Shown here: positions 30,481 through 40,139 of the stretch, piece by piece | How positions within the stretch are numbered: the first letter of the stretch is position 1 | Layout: each line of letters begins with the position of its first letter | DNA from: Polyangiales bacterium | Lineage (GTDB): Bacteria > Myxococcota_A > Polyangia > Polyangiales > Houyiibacteriaceae | Assembly (NCBI GenBank): GCA_045106895.1 | Contig: JBGCFM010000029.1 | Span: 1 to 64,000, forward strand | Length of the DNA stretch: 64,000 bases | Direction: 5' to 3' | Translations under genes and position numbers: made by a program | The notes under the pieces: model-generated | Database searches by the model: none | Seen by the model: only the letters and a program-made list of their open reading frames with translations | What the model was told of the DNA's origin: nothing

Positions 30481-31298
30481 AACGCACCTCCGACAGAGAG
30501 CGCCGCAGCACCTGGGCCCGCCTCGATATTCACCGTGGCGGCCACTTCGGTGTCCACCGCTTCGCGCTCGTAGGTTCGCACGCGCAGGAGATAGAGCAGC
30601 AACGCAGCAACGCAGGTGGCGCCGCCGGCGATGAGGGTAATGTCAGCTGTCAGCGCGAGTCCATCGGCCTGGCTGCGAAGGTCGATTCGTTCTTCTTGGT
30701 CAAAGACATTTGCGGACACGATGCTGTTGGCGCTGTTGTTCTTCGAGAGAGCCACACCCCCGAGAATTCCGCCGGCGGCGAGAAGACCGGCCCCACTTGC
30801 GAGAACCGCCCAGAAGGCCGTGTCGACGACACCCCGTTCGCGGACGATCTCTCGCGGTGCCATCTGACGAAGCTCGGGTGCTTGCTCCGCCTGCCTTAGG
30901 GCAAGCCATTCGCGGGCGCCGTCGAGGCGGCGAAGGGTGGCGTCGGCGCGTTCTACTTCGGTGGGGTCGTAGGCCACCATGTCCCGGAACCGTCGGCCGT
31001 ATTCGATGGCTTTGTCGAGTTCGCCCAAGAGCTCATAAATACGTGCGAGGTTGAAAACGAGGGTCTCAGAGTTCGGGTCGAGGGCAATGGCTTGCTCCAT
31101 CGCCGCGGCGGCTTCCGCATATCGGCCAGCAGAGTAGTGCTCTCGACCAGCCTGAAAGAACTCAAGGGCCTCCGGTGGGGGCTGCGATGGCTCCTCCTGG
31201 GCGTATGCCGCAGAGCCGAAGAGTGGGCCCGTGGCGAGCACCAACAGAGCTACGATAGCCAGTCGGCAAATGCCTGGGCCTTGGGTCCGCGGTCTCAC
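30477..31298 (-). CDS. secreted TPR protein with C-terminal hydrophobic helices
   Basis: Signal peptide ending AAYA; TPR GREHYSAGRYAEA..FNLARIYE; GTG start inferred from TACCGT 6 nt upstream. Confidence 0.82.
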   Translation of the reverse strand: MRPRTQGPGICRLAIVALLVLATGPLFGSAAYAQEEPSQPPPEALEFFQAGREHYSAGRYAEAAAAMEQAIALDPNSETLVFNLARIYELLGELDKAIEYGRRFRDMVAYDPTEVERADATLRRLDGAREWLALRQAEQAPELRQMAPREIVRERGVVDTAFWAVLASGAGLLAAGGILGGVALSKNNSANSIVSANVFDQEERIDLRSQADGLALTADITLIAGGATCVAALLLYLLRVRTYEREAVDTEVAATVNIEAGPGAAALSVGGAF

Positions 31299-31395
31299 CC
31301 TCACACGGTACAATGGTACGATGCCGGCGTCACGGGGCTTTGTGCGCCACAGACAAGCCCCACGAGCGGCGTTCAACGCGCTAGTGTGGGTGTCG

Positions 31396-33831
31396 GTGAA
31401 ACGATCCTGCGTATTCTTTGTGGCGTTCTACGCCGTTGTTCATGGCGTCTTTGGCACTTCATCGGTGCATGCTCAGTGGACGCGACCCACGTCGGGCGTG
31501 ACGGGCGTCGTGAGCAGTGTCGTCAGCGAAAGCGGTGCCTACGCTCTTGAGGCCAACCCCGGGGCGCTGGCTCTCGTGCCCGGCTGGGACGTTCGAGCGT
31601 TCCATATTGATGACGCCAGCCCCGCCGAGGCGATCTACGGCGTCCGCGCGTTGCCTTTCCGACTTTCCGTGGCGGGAGGCGCGGACTGGCGTCGTCTGCC
31701 TGGTCGCGACACCGGCCGTGTCAGTCTCGGCGGGTCTTGGGCCCAGAGTTCAACGCTCTCCATCGGCCTGGCGCTCCGCTACCTCGACCTCGCCGCCGGA
31801 CGCTCCGGTGCCTTCGACGTAGGCGTCAGCTGGCGCCCCTCGGCTCGTTTCGGCGTGGGACTTGTGCTTCACGACCTCTTTGGTCCACTGGGCCTTACCC
31901 GCGGAGCCGGTGCGGTACCGGCGAGTGCCGTTTTGGGCGCGCAGATCCGTCCCTTCGAAAACGACTCGCTCTTCCTGGAGATGGCCCTCGCCGTCGATAC
32001 CGAGCAACGCGTCGGCCTTCGGGGGTTGCTTGGGGCGCACATCCCGCACATCGGACGGCTGGGCGTGGTCGTCGAAGGCGAAGACGTGGGAGGCGAAGGG
32101 GGGATGCGCGTCATGGCTTCTCTTCGCGCGGACTGGGGAACCATCAGCGCCGAAGGAGGCGTCGTGCGCTCAACAGGCGAAGAGTTTGGCGCGCTCGCCG
32201 CATTGCATCTTCGCAGCGCGGTCCGTGAAGGTCTCCCAGAAACCGGGGTCATCGATGACCTCTACCTGCGGGGTGGGATCGGTCCACGTCGACTCTTGGC
32301 GCTCCTGGAACGCCTCGACCGTGACCGCTTTGACCCACGCGTCCGCGGAGTGCTCCTTCGCTTTCGTAGCACCGGCATTGGGATGGCCGTGGCACAGGAG
32401 ATTCGCCAGGCCATCGCCGCGCTGGAAGCCGTCGGCAAGCGGACGATTTGTCACCTCGATGCGCCGACGGGCTCCGAGGTCTACGCCTGCGGGACAGCCC
32501 ACGCGCGGCATCTCGACCCCGCCGGCACCGTTCGAATGTTGGGAGTCTCGTCGACGGCGCTTCATTATGGAGGAGCCCTGCGGCGCCTCGGCGTACGCAC
32601 GGATTTTATCCGAATTGGCGAGTACAAATCTGCCGTGGAAATCTATGGCTCCTCGACGGCTAGCCCCTCGGCGCTTCGTGCCCGGGGCGCAATGTTGGAC
32701 GACGCCTCGGCGCGAATGCGTCAGGACATGGCCCTCGACCGAGACATCGAGCTCGCAGAGGTCGGGGGGTGGATCGACCAAGGGCTCTTCTCGGCGAACG
32801 AGGCGCGCGATGAGGGCATCGTGGACGCGCTCACCGATGAGTACGAGCTGGGCTCTGCTCTCCGTGAAGGGCTCGGCAGCGCGCGTCGCCGGGAGAATCG
32901 CCCGAGGCAGGTGCCGAGGACGTTTGGTCGTGCTCCTCGCGTCGCTGTGCTGGTCCTCGATGGGTCCGTCGTGGACGGAGACAACGTGGACTATCCCATC
33001 GTGGAGATTCACCAGAGCGGCGCGCGAACGTTCATTCGAACACTCGAAGCCGTCCGCGCGGATGACTCCATCAAGGCGGTGGTCCTACGTATCGACAGCC
33101 CTGGCGGAAGCGCCCTCGCGGCGGATCAGATCTGGCGCGCCGTTCGTCGCTTGGCTGAGCGCAAGCCTGTCATCGCTTCGATGGGATCCGTCGCGGCGAG
33201 CGCGGCCTACTACATCGCCAGCGCCTGCCACGCGATCTACGCCAACCCGACCACCATCACGGGCTCCATCGGCGTCCTCTTCGGCAAGGTCGACTTTGCG
33301 CCCCTCGCCGAGATGTTGGGCGTCGGCATCGTGCAGCAGGAGCGTGGTGCGCATGCCGGCGCGGAGTCTCTGTACCGGCCGTTTCGTCCCGATGAACGCG
33401 CCACCGCCGCCGACCAGGTTCGGCAGTTCTATCGGCTCTTTCTCCAGCGCGTCGCCGTGGGACGCAACATGAGTGTGGCGGACGTGCACGAGGTCGCCCA
33501 GGGACGCATCTGGACGGGCGATGCCGCGCAGCGATTGGGCCTCGTCGACGAACTCGGCGGCTTCATGAGCGCGCTCCACGAGGCGCGAATGCGCGGCGGA
33601 CTCGACGCCGACGCGCCCTTTGTCTCCGCTCCATCCCGACCCGGGAGTCTCCTCGAGTACGTTCTCGGGAGTTCGTTTTCGGCCGAGTCCGGAACTGCGC
33701 CTCAAGCGCGCGGCTTCGCTGAGCTCCAGGACGCGGAGAGCCGGCGCTTTGGCCTCGACATCGCCTTCGCCATCGCCGCCTCAGCGGACGCACCATTGGC
33801 GATCCTGCCCGTTGACGCAGACATCCGCTGA
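31396..33831 (+). CDS. sppA: signal peptide peptidase SppA (S49) with N-terminal beta-rich extension
   Basis: GEYKSAVE (Lys), LRIDSPGGS, SMGSVAASAAYYIAS (Ser), TGSIGV, QGRIWTG; start estimated. Confidence 0.9.
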   Translation: MKRSCVFFVAFYAVVHGVFGTSSVHAQWTRPTSGVTGVVSSVVSESGAYALEANPGALALVPGWDVRAFHIDDASPAEAIYGVRALPFRLSVAGGADWRRLPGRDTGRVSLGGSWAQSSTLSIGLALRYLDLAAGRSGAFDVGVSWRPSARFGVGLVLHDLFGPLGLTRGAGAVPASAVLGAQIRPFENDSLFLEMALAVDTEQRVGLRGLLGAHIPHIGRLGVVVEGEDVGGEGGMRVMASLRADWGTISAEGGVVRSTGEEFGALAALHLRSAVREGLPETGVIDDLYLRGGIGPRRLLALLERLDRDRFDPRVRGVLLRFRSTGIGMAVAQEIRQAIAALEAVGKRTICHLDAPTGSEVYACGTAHARHLDPAGTVRMLGVSSTALHYGGALRRLGVRTDFIRIGEYKSAVEIYGSSTASPSALRARGAMLDDASARMRQDMALDRDIELAEVGGWIDQGLFSANEARDEGIVDALTDEYELGSALREGLGSARRRENRPRQVPRTFGRAPRVAVLVLDGSVVDGDNVDYPIVEIHQSGARTFIRTLEAVRADDSIKAVVLRIDSPGGSALAADQIWRAVRRLAERKPVIASMGSVAASAAYYIASACHAIYANPTTITGSIGVLFGKVDFAPLAEMLGVGIVQQERGAHAGAESLYRPFRPDERATAADQVRQFYRLFLQRVAVGRNMSVADVHEVAQGRIWTGDAAQRLGLVDELGGFMSALHEARMRGGLDADAPFVSAPSRPGSLLEYVLGSSFSAESGTAPQARGFAELQDAESRRFGLDIAFAIAASADAPLAILPVDADIR

Positions 33832-33861
33832 CACAGGACTCAGCAGCGCTATGCTCCCCAC

Positions 33862-34341
33862 ATGCGCTGGTACGTCCCACTCCTGATTTTGCTCTCTTTG
33901 ACAGCCTGCGAAGAGCGCACCCTTGAAGGCCCACCTCCCGCGGACCACGGCGAAGCGCCCAACGCCGAAGAAGACCCCCTCGGCGCGCGCATGCACGCCT
34001 TCGGCTTCGAGCGGGCGCCGGTGTACGAACCCGAGGAAGGAACGCTCTTTCGCGGCAACCTTCGGCGCGGACAGGTTGAAGACTATCCCGTCACCCTCGT
34101 TGGAACCCGCTGCTACGTGGCGGCGACGGTCGGCGCGGACAGTATCGAGTCTCTGGACATGACGATGGTGGACCCCAACGGAAGTCCGCTGCTTCGCGAT
34201 GAAGACGAAGGAAACGAAGTCCTCTTGGGTATCCGCAACTCCTTGTGTCCTGCAGTTCCGGGCGTCTACCGCATTCGTGTTCGCGTCACCGAAGGAAGTG
34301 GCGACTTCGTCGTCCAGCTTTATGGCCACGACGTCATCTAG
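33862..34341 (+). CDS. lipoprotein with PPC-like beta-sandwich
   Basis: Lipobox LTAC; LDMTMVDPNG..GVYRIRV. Confidence 0.72.
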   Translation: MRWYVPLLILLSLTACEERTLEGPPPADHGEAPNAEEDPLGARMHAFGFERAPVYEPEEGTLFRGNLRRGQVEDYPVTLVGTRCYVAATVGADSIESLDMTMVDPNGSPLLRDEDEGNEVLLGIRNSLCPAVPGVYRIRVRVTEGSGDFVVQLYGHDVI

Positions 34342-34375
34342 ACGTTCGCAGAGCTGGCCTTAGCCGACCCAAAAA

Positions 34376-34411
34376 GAAAACGCCGCGCTCCAGAAGGAGT
34401 GCGGCGTTTTC
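34376..34411. terminator. bidirectional intrinsic terminator
   Basis: GAAAACGCCGCGCTCC-AGAA-GGAGTGCGGCGTTTTC between convergent genes. Confidence 0.85.
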
Positions 34412-34445
34412 ATTTCTCGTCTGGGCCCGTGAGAGGGCCAGAGCG

Positions 34446-35555
34446 CTAGTTCACGCTTGCGGAGGCGCTCACTTCGACGCTCACTTCGACGCTCACGCTG
34501 AAGCTTGCGACGGCTGAAGCGACGGTGGTTCCAAGGGAGGCGATGCACAACGCGCTGGCGCTGGCAAGGTCACCGGCGCTCGTGGCGATCTCGCCCGCGG
34601 CGCTCGCCGTGGCTTCGATGCGCGCGGTGAGCCCGAGGAGGCGGCCCCAGTGGAGCTGAAGTGCTCGCTGCAGGTCTGCAACTCGTCCGCCAGTAGCTTC
34701 CCCGGCGAAGTCCACGGAGACGCTTGGCTCGCTGCACGTTCCTTCCGCGGTGATCTCGCTCTGGCAGGTTGCCTGGCACTCTGCGTTGGCTTCGACGTTC
34801 GGGGACCCCTCGCACATAGGCTCGGTGAACTCGCCGGTGCATCCACCGGAACAGGTGCCTTCGCATGTGCCGGAGGCTTCCGCCGTGCAGCTGCCGGAAC
34901 AGCTACCGGTGCACTCGGCGCTGCAGCTACCCGTGCAGGTGCCATCGCAGGTGCCGACGCAGTTGCCTTCGTCGTCCGTCGCGGAACAGGTTCCATCACA
35001 TGTGCCGGTGCAAGCGCCGGAGCAGGTTCCGGTGCAGGTCGCGGAGCATTCGCCGGTGCAGTCTGCGCTCGCCTCGACGGTGCAGGTGCCTTCGCACATG
35101 GCGTCGCAGGAGCCGGAGATCTCGCCGCCCGTACACTCGACTTCGGGCGCCGCTGTGACATCGACGTCACACTCCGCAACGCAGTCGGCGTATGCGTCGA
35201 CGCTGAAGCTGCACGCCGGTGGAATCACCGTGACCGTGACCGCGGCGTCAGCCTCGGCGATGATCGCTTCGATCTCAGCGGCGACCGCGCCACACGTGGC
35301 TTCGCGCTCTTCTTGGTCCGCCGCCGGAGCGGGAACGTCGACACCAAGTTCCGTCGCAAGGTCGTTGCAGACGCCGAGGAGTTCCGTCGAGAGCTGGTTG
35401 GCTTCCGTTGACAAGGTGTCGACGGCACGAACGACGGCTTGCGCGCGCAGACCAGGGCCGTCGGCGCCAAGCTCGTCGCAGCCGATCACTGCGGTGGAAT
35501 CGCAGGCGGTGGCGCCAAGTGCCGAGAGGCAAATGAGGAAGAGTTTGAGTCTCAT
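34446..35555 (-). CDS. Cys-rich lipoprotein with period-4 C-x-G-x repeats
   Basis: MRLKLFLICLSALGATAC; long CTGTCSGACTGTCDGTC tracts; SVSVEVSVEVSASASVN tail. Confidence 0.82.
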   Translation of the reverse strand: MRLKLFLICLSALGATACDSTAVIGCDELGADGPGLRAQAVVRAVDTLSTEANQLSTELLGVCNDLATELGVDVPAPAADQEEREATCGAVAAEIEAIIAEADAAVTVTVIPPACSFSVDAYADCVAECDVDVTAAPEVECTGGEISGSCDAMCEGTCTVEASADCTGECSATCTGTCSGACTGTCDGTCSATDDEGNCVGTCDGTCTGSCSAECTGSCSGSCTAEASGTCEGTCSGGCTGEFTEPMCEGSPNVEANAECQATCQSEITAEGTCSEPSVSVDFAGEATGGRVADLQRALQLHWGRLLGLTARIEATASAAGEIATSAGDLASASALCIASLGTTVASAVASFSVSVEVSVEVSASASVN

Positions 35556-35760
35556 AAGAATCCTAAATCGTTGGAGTATGACAGTGAATCGGTGCTCAGG
35601 TCGCAACCATACAAGCTGCAAACGCCGCTGCACCTCTCCCTGTGAGTAGACGGCGGCCCCGGCGCATGGATTCACATTCGAAGCGGGCCGTTCGTGGTCC
35701 AGGTTCGCTCAATGTTCGCTCAACCTTCGAGCGTTCTGTCCCTAAATGGTGAGGAGCGGG

Positions 35761-37590
35761 CTAGCGCTCGCCAAGGATATCGTCGAGGTAGTCCGCGTTG
35801 CCCCCGCAAACATGGGAAGCCTCGAAACCTGCCTGCGCGGCGCGTTCGCCGAAGGGCCGCGAAGACCCCGAGTCCATGAGGCAGCCCGGCCGGTTGGCGC
35901 GGTTATGAAAGACCGTCGCTGAACCTAAGGGGTCGGCGAGTCCAAAGCTGTGCCCGAGCTCGTGGGCGGTGGTTTCCCCGACCATGTTCGAGAGTGCTTG
36001 GACGGCACGTTCGACTTCCGCCGTGCGCCCCCCACGGCCCTCAACCTCGGCAAGCGTGGCGGGCGCGTTTCGAACGCCGCCAAAGATCTCGTCAAAGAGT
36101 GGATCGGGCTCCGGGCCGGCGCCGTCCGCGGGTGCGTCCGACTCCGAGAAGAAAAGAAACCCATCGATGAACACGCCGCCGTAGCCGGGGTAACCGTCCG
36201 ACTGAGTCTCAGCGTTGGCGCCCCCGATGGTGTCGAAGAGGCGTAGATTGCCCACGTCTTTGCCGGGGCTGTTGTCGTAGCCGAAGAGACCGCGTCCGTT
36301 CGGGTCTGGACCACCGATTTCGATGACCGTGACACCGCTTGCTGTGACGTCGAGTGGACGCGCCGTGCGAACGTCGACGTTCCAGTCGGCGTAGATTTCC
36401 TCGATGCGTCGGGCCACCATGCCTTCGATGGTACCGGCGGCGGCGGCGACGCCAAAGAGCGGCAGACTGGCGTAGAACCCTGGAAGGAAGCGCAACCAAA
36501 CGACCTGGCGAATAGGGCCGAGCTCCAGGCGCGCGGTGTTGCCGATGCCATTGAACTCGTCGAGACCAAGAATGTTGATCGGCGTGAACATGGCTTCGAG
36601 AACACCTCTGCCGGTCCCGAAGAGCTCGCTGACCAATGAGTCTCCGGTGTTCTCGGCCAAGAGCGCGAGCTGGAGTTCTTCGTTGGAACGCCACGAGAGA
36701 ATGAGGTCCTCGCCAAAAGAGCGTCCGCCTCCGTCGCTCGGCGTGAACATGCCCTCCACGCGAATCAAGGTCAGCCCGTCGCCGCCTAGTTCACCGCCCA
36801 AGAAGCCGGCTCCACGCAGACTCACGATGGACTCGAGGCTCGCCACCTCCGGGGAGAGACCTGTGAAAATCGTTGGCTGGATCTCCAACACAATGTCGCG
36901 TTCCGTGCTCTCGCTGGCAGCGGCGCCGTTGACCTCGCTACGAAGGTAAATCTCCCCCTCGAAGGTCCCAGGTCGCACGCTGCCGAGGTCGGTGCTGAGC
37001 AAGACAACGCCGCGTTGCCGGTCTCCGCGCTGCGCCTGCCTCACCGGGAGTTCCCCGCTCACGGGGGCGCGGGCGCCGCCCTCAAGCTCGAACTCACCCG
37101 AGAACACCGCCGTGACGCTTCCTTCTTCGAGCTCGAGGAAACCATCCCCTTCAAGGAAGATCTCGTCGTTCCAATAAACGAGCTCATCGATGTCCAGGTC
37201 GAGGCGAATGGGAAGGTCCGTGACGATATCCAGAAGAAACGCAAAGGGCTCGCTCTCGACGTCCTCGTTTCGAATCACGACATCCGCGTTGTGAACACCT
37301 TCGCCAAAGGAGTTGATAAGGCGCGAGGTCAGCAAGAACGTCGCTTCGCCGCCTTCGATGCTCTCCGCGTTCAGCGTCGTCCCTTCGATGACGAGGACGG
37401 CGTCTTGGCCCAACGCGTCGAGGTTGGCGACGCTGACGCGCAGCGACGTTCCCGTCACCATGGGCACGGACGACTCGATATCTAAGATGATGGGCAGCAC
37501 CGGCTGAATGACCGGAGGATCCTCGGCGCAAGACGCGAGCGTCAGGGCGACGAGGGCGAGGCAGGTTCGAAGCGTGGGCCGCATGTTCAT
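35761..37590 (-). CDS. lipoprotein with C-terminal zinc metalloprotease motif
   Basis: Lipobox LASC; TTAHELGHSFGL and Met-turn-like CLMD; ATGA overlap with the upstream gene. Confidence 0.75.
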   Translation of the reverse strand: MNMRPTLRTCLALVALTLASCAEDPPVIQPVLPIILDIESSVPMVTGTSLRVSVANLDALGQDAVLVIEGTTLNAESIEGGEATFLLTSRLINSFGEGVHNADVVIRNEDVESEPFAFLLDIVTDLPIRLDLDIDELVYWNDEIFLEGDGFLELEEGSVTAVFSGEFELEGGARAPVSGELPVRQAQRGDRQRGVVLLSTDLGSVRPGTFEGEIYLRSEVNGAAASESTERDIVLEIQPTIFTGLSPEVASLESIVSLRGAGFLGGELGGDGLTLIRVEGMFTPSDGGGRSFGEDLILSWRSNEELQLALLAENTGDSLVSELFGTGRGVLEAMFTPINILGLDEFNGIGNTARLELGPIRQVVWLRFLPGFYASLPLFGVAAAAGTIEGMVARRIEEIYADWNVDVRTARPLDVTASGVTVIEIGGPDPNGRGLFGYDNSPGKDVGNLRLFDTIGGANAETQSDGYPGYGGVFIDGFLFFSESDAPADGAGPEPDPLFDEIFGGVRNAPATLAEVEGRGGRTAEVERAVQALSNMVGETTAHELGHSFGLADPLGSATVFHNRANRPGCLMDSGSSRPFGERAAQAGFEASHVCGGNADYLDDILGER

Positions 37591-40061
37591 TCCGGGATGC
37601 AAAGGAACTCGAGGGCTCCGCCGAGTGTCGACTCCAACGAGCATTCGTAGCCGGTGTCCCGGCACTGGTCATCGGACGTGTTGCAGTTTGGTGCACATAC
37701 GTTTTCACCCGTGTTGTCTTCGAAACAGAAGGTACCTGTGCCGCAGTCAGCATTCGTTGTGCAACCGGCTCGCCCGCAGAGCCCACCGGGCCAGTCGAGA
37801 CAGCCGCTTTGGCCTGCGCAATCGGAGAAGTCTGAGCAGGTGTCTCCATCGCTACCGCCGCCACGTCGCGCGCAGAAGCGTCCCTGCGGAAACCACTTGC
37901 AGGCCTCGAGGGCTCGGCAGTCGTCGTTTCGTGTGCAGGGAGAGCCACACTCGCTGTCCATTCCTGGGCCGGGCGTAGGGCACCCGTCTCCTTCGGGGCA
38001 GGAGAAGGTGAACTGGCAGGCGCGGTCGGCGCAGGTTCCATCGTTGCAAACCTGGCTGAGGGGACACTCGAGACTCGACGCACAACCGCTCGTGGCGGCC
38101 TCCTCGATTTCAATGAGGTACTCCGACGTGTCCATCGAGAAAGCGTCAATGGCGACCATGTACGTGCCGGATTCTCCCACACGCTGCGAAATCGTCTCCG
38201 TCGTTCCACTCGACACGGAGGTCGCGATGGTCGTGCCGCCGGGTCCCAGGAGCCGGACGCTCAGGTCTTGACCTGCTGAATCCGTCTCAAGGGTAATGTT
38301 CAGCTGGACAGGAGCGCTGACGCTGAAGCTGAAGTAGTCGATGTCTCCCGGACAGACCGACGCCAACGCGATGTTCGACGCGGGGAAGGGCGTGGCGTCC
38401 TCGCGGGTGTTGTTGTCTTCAAACTCATCCGGCGTGCAGCAGGCGCTCCCAGACTCGGAGCTGACTTCGAGGCTGTATTGATTGGACTCCCCGTCGTATC
38501 CGAAGACGCGCGCGTAAGCCGTCGTCGCCGCGCCGAAACAGTACTCGAGGGTCTCTTCGTTCTCGGTGCTCGCGCTGCTCGCGAGGGCGTCCCCGGAGGC
38601 GCTTTGGAGCTCGAGATCGAGGTCGCCTTCATCATGGCTAAATCCGAAGAGCCGAACGGTGACCCGTTCATTGGCCTCGACGGGGATTCGGAAGAAGTCG
38701 GAGTCGTTCGAGCAGGCCTCTCCGTCGGTGATCGGTGAAGTGTAAAGCGTCGCGTCGGGAGCCGTGTCGTCTTCCTCGCGTCCATCGTCGCCCATACACA
38801 TATAGCCGCCGGCGGCGCCCTCGCAGATGTCTTCGACGGGGCCGCAGCCCGCGAGAACGGCGCCATCGGTCGTTGGCGTCGCGCCGCAGGTTCCGGCCGT
38901 GCATGGGTTGTCGCTACAGTCGGACACACAGAGGCCGCCCGCGGCGGTCTGCGCGCAGCGGCCTTCGCTGCAGTCGGCGTTGGTCGAGCAGGCCTCGCAC
39001 TGAGCGAGGTCGCCGCCGCCGGCGCCCACCACGGCCTCGAACTCGATGACCGGGGAGTCGGTACGGTGGTCGCAGGCGCTTCCCGTTGGGTCATCGTTGT
39101 CCGTCGCGCTGACGACGATGTAGAAAGTCTGGCTATCAGCTTCGCCGATGACGACCGACGGGACACGAGCGCTCCATTCTCCGGAACGCGGTCGCATCAC
39201 CAACTGCTCAAAATCTGTGATGTTGGGACGGCTCAGGTCATCTGGACGCGCCGTCGTGTAGAAGAGCAGTGGCGCGTCGCGCAGGTCCATGTCGTCGGTG
39301 ACGTCCGCGCGAACTTCCCAGCCGCTGGCGCTGGTGAGTCGACCGCCATCCGCCGGCGAGATCACCGTGATGCTGGGTCCGGTGCCTGGGCAGTTGTCGC
39401 CGATCTCGCTTCGAAGCACGACGATGTAGTCGAGGGGCGTCTCGTGGGTTCCATCTCTGGCGACGAGGGGAATCGTCCATCGTTCGGCGGTGCCCGCCTG
39501 GCTGTCCGAAGGACACCACTCAAACTCCGCGCGCTTCGCGTCCGTTTGCGTGACCTCCGCGCCATCGGGGAGGGTGGTGCGTGCTTCGATGTCCACGCTC
39601 GCCGAGTCATCGTCGCGGACCTCGATGTCGAATCGCACACACGGGTCTTGTGCGAGGTCGTAGGCGTTGCCGGGACCCGGACGAATAAACGTGGGCGCGG
39701 CGTCCGTCGACGAGGTCACGTTGATCACGACGGGCGTGGAGTCGACAACGTCGCCGCCATCGAGGAGCTGAATGATCACCTCGTGTGCTCCGACGTGGCT
39801 CGCCAGCGGAGTCCAGCGAAACTCGCCGCCGGCGCTCGCGGAGCCGCTGATGCTCGCGGTTCGGTTGAACGCGGGCACATCCTCGGGCCCTTCGAACCCA
39901 AAGGTCAGGTCGCCATCGCCGCTCACGGAAATCGGCATTCTGAGAGTCTCCCCGACCATCACATTTTGAGAAGGGAGAGGGTCGATGGTGAGGTCCCCGC
40001 CAGGCCCGCAGGCGAGGCAAAGAGCAAGGGCACTCAAGGAAAGAGCTCGAAGTCGGTTCAC
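37587..40061 (-). CDS. large lipoprotein with Ig/cadherin-like, PPC and Cys-rich domains
   Basis: Lipobox CLAC; FRWTP and FEWCP repeats; two PPC-like domains (DSDFFRI..GDLDLEL; DIDYFSF); Cys-rich C-terminus. Confidence 0.8.
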   Translation of the reverse strand: MNRLRALSLSALALCLACGPGGDLTIDPLPSQNVMVGETLRMPISVSGDGDLTFGFEGPEDVPAFNRTASISGSASAGGEFRWTPLASHVGAHEVIIQLLDGGDVVDSTPVVINVTSSTDAAPTFIRPGPGNAYDLAQDPCVRFDIEVRDDDSASVDIEARTTLPDGAEVTQTDAKRAEFEWCPSDSQAGTAERWTIPLVARDGTHETPLDYIVVLRSEIGDNCPGTGPSITVISPADGGRLTSASGWEVRADVTDDMDLRDAPLLFYTTARPDDLSRPNITDFEQLVMRPRSGEWSARVPSVVIGEADSQTFYIVVSATDNDDPTGSACDHRTDSPVIEFEAVVGAGGGDLAQCEACSTNADCSEGRCAQTAAGGLCVSDCSDNPCTAGTCGATPTTDGAVLAGCGPVEDICEGAAGGYMCMGDDGREEDDTAPDATLYTSPITDGEACSNDSDFFRIPVEANERVTVRLFGFSHDEGDLDLELQSASGDALASSASTENEETLEYCFGAATTAYARVFGYDGESNQYSLEVSSESGSACCTPDEFEDNNTREDATPFPASNIALASVCPGDIDYFSFSVSAPVQLNITLETDSAGQDLSVRLLGPGGTTIATSVSSGTTETISQRVGESGTYMVAIDAFSMDTSEYLIEIEEAATSGCASSLECPLSQVCNDGTCADRACQFTFSCPEGDGCPTPGPGMDSECGSPCTRNDDCRALEACKWFPQGRFCARRGGGSDGDTCSDFSDCAGQSGCLDWPGGLCGRAGCTTNADCGTGTFCFEDNTGENVCAPNCNTSDDQCRDTGYECSLESTLGGALEFLCIPE

Positions 40062-40139
40062 CGGGAAAAGGTACCGTGGCCAGCGCCTCGCGGCCACCCG
40101 GCGGGAAGGCCAAGCAAGTAACGCGCCCGAGGACTGGAG

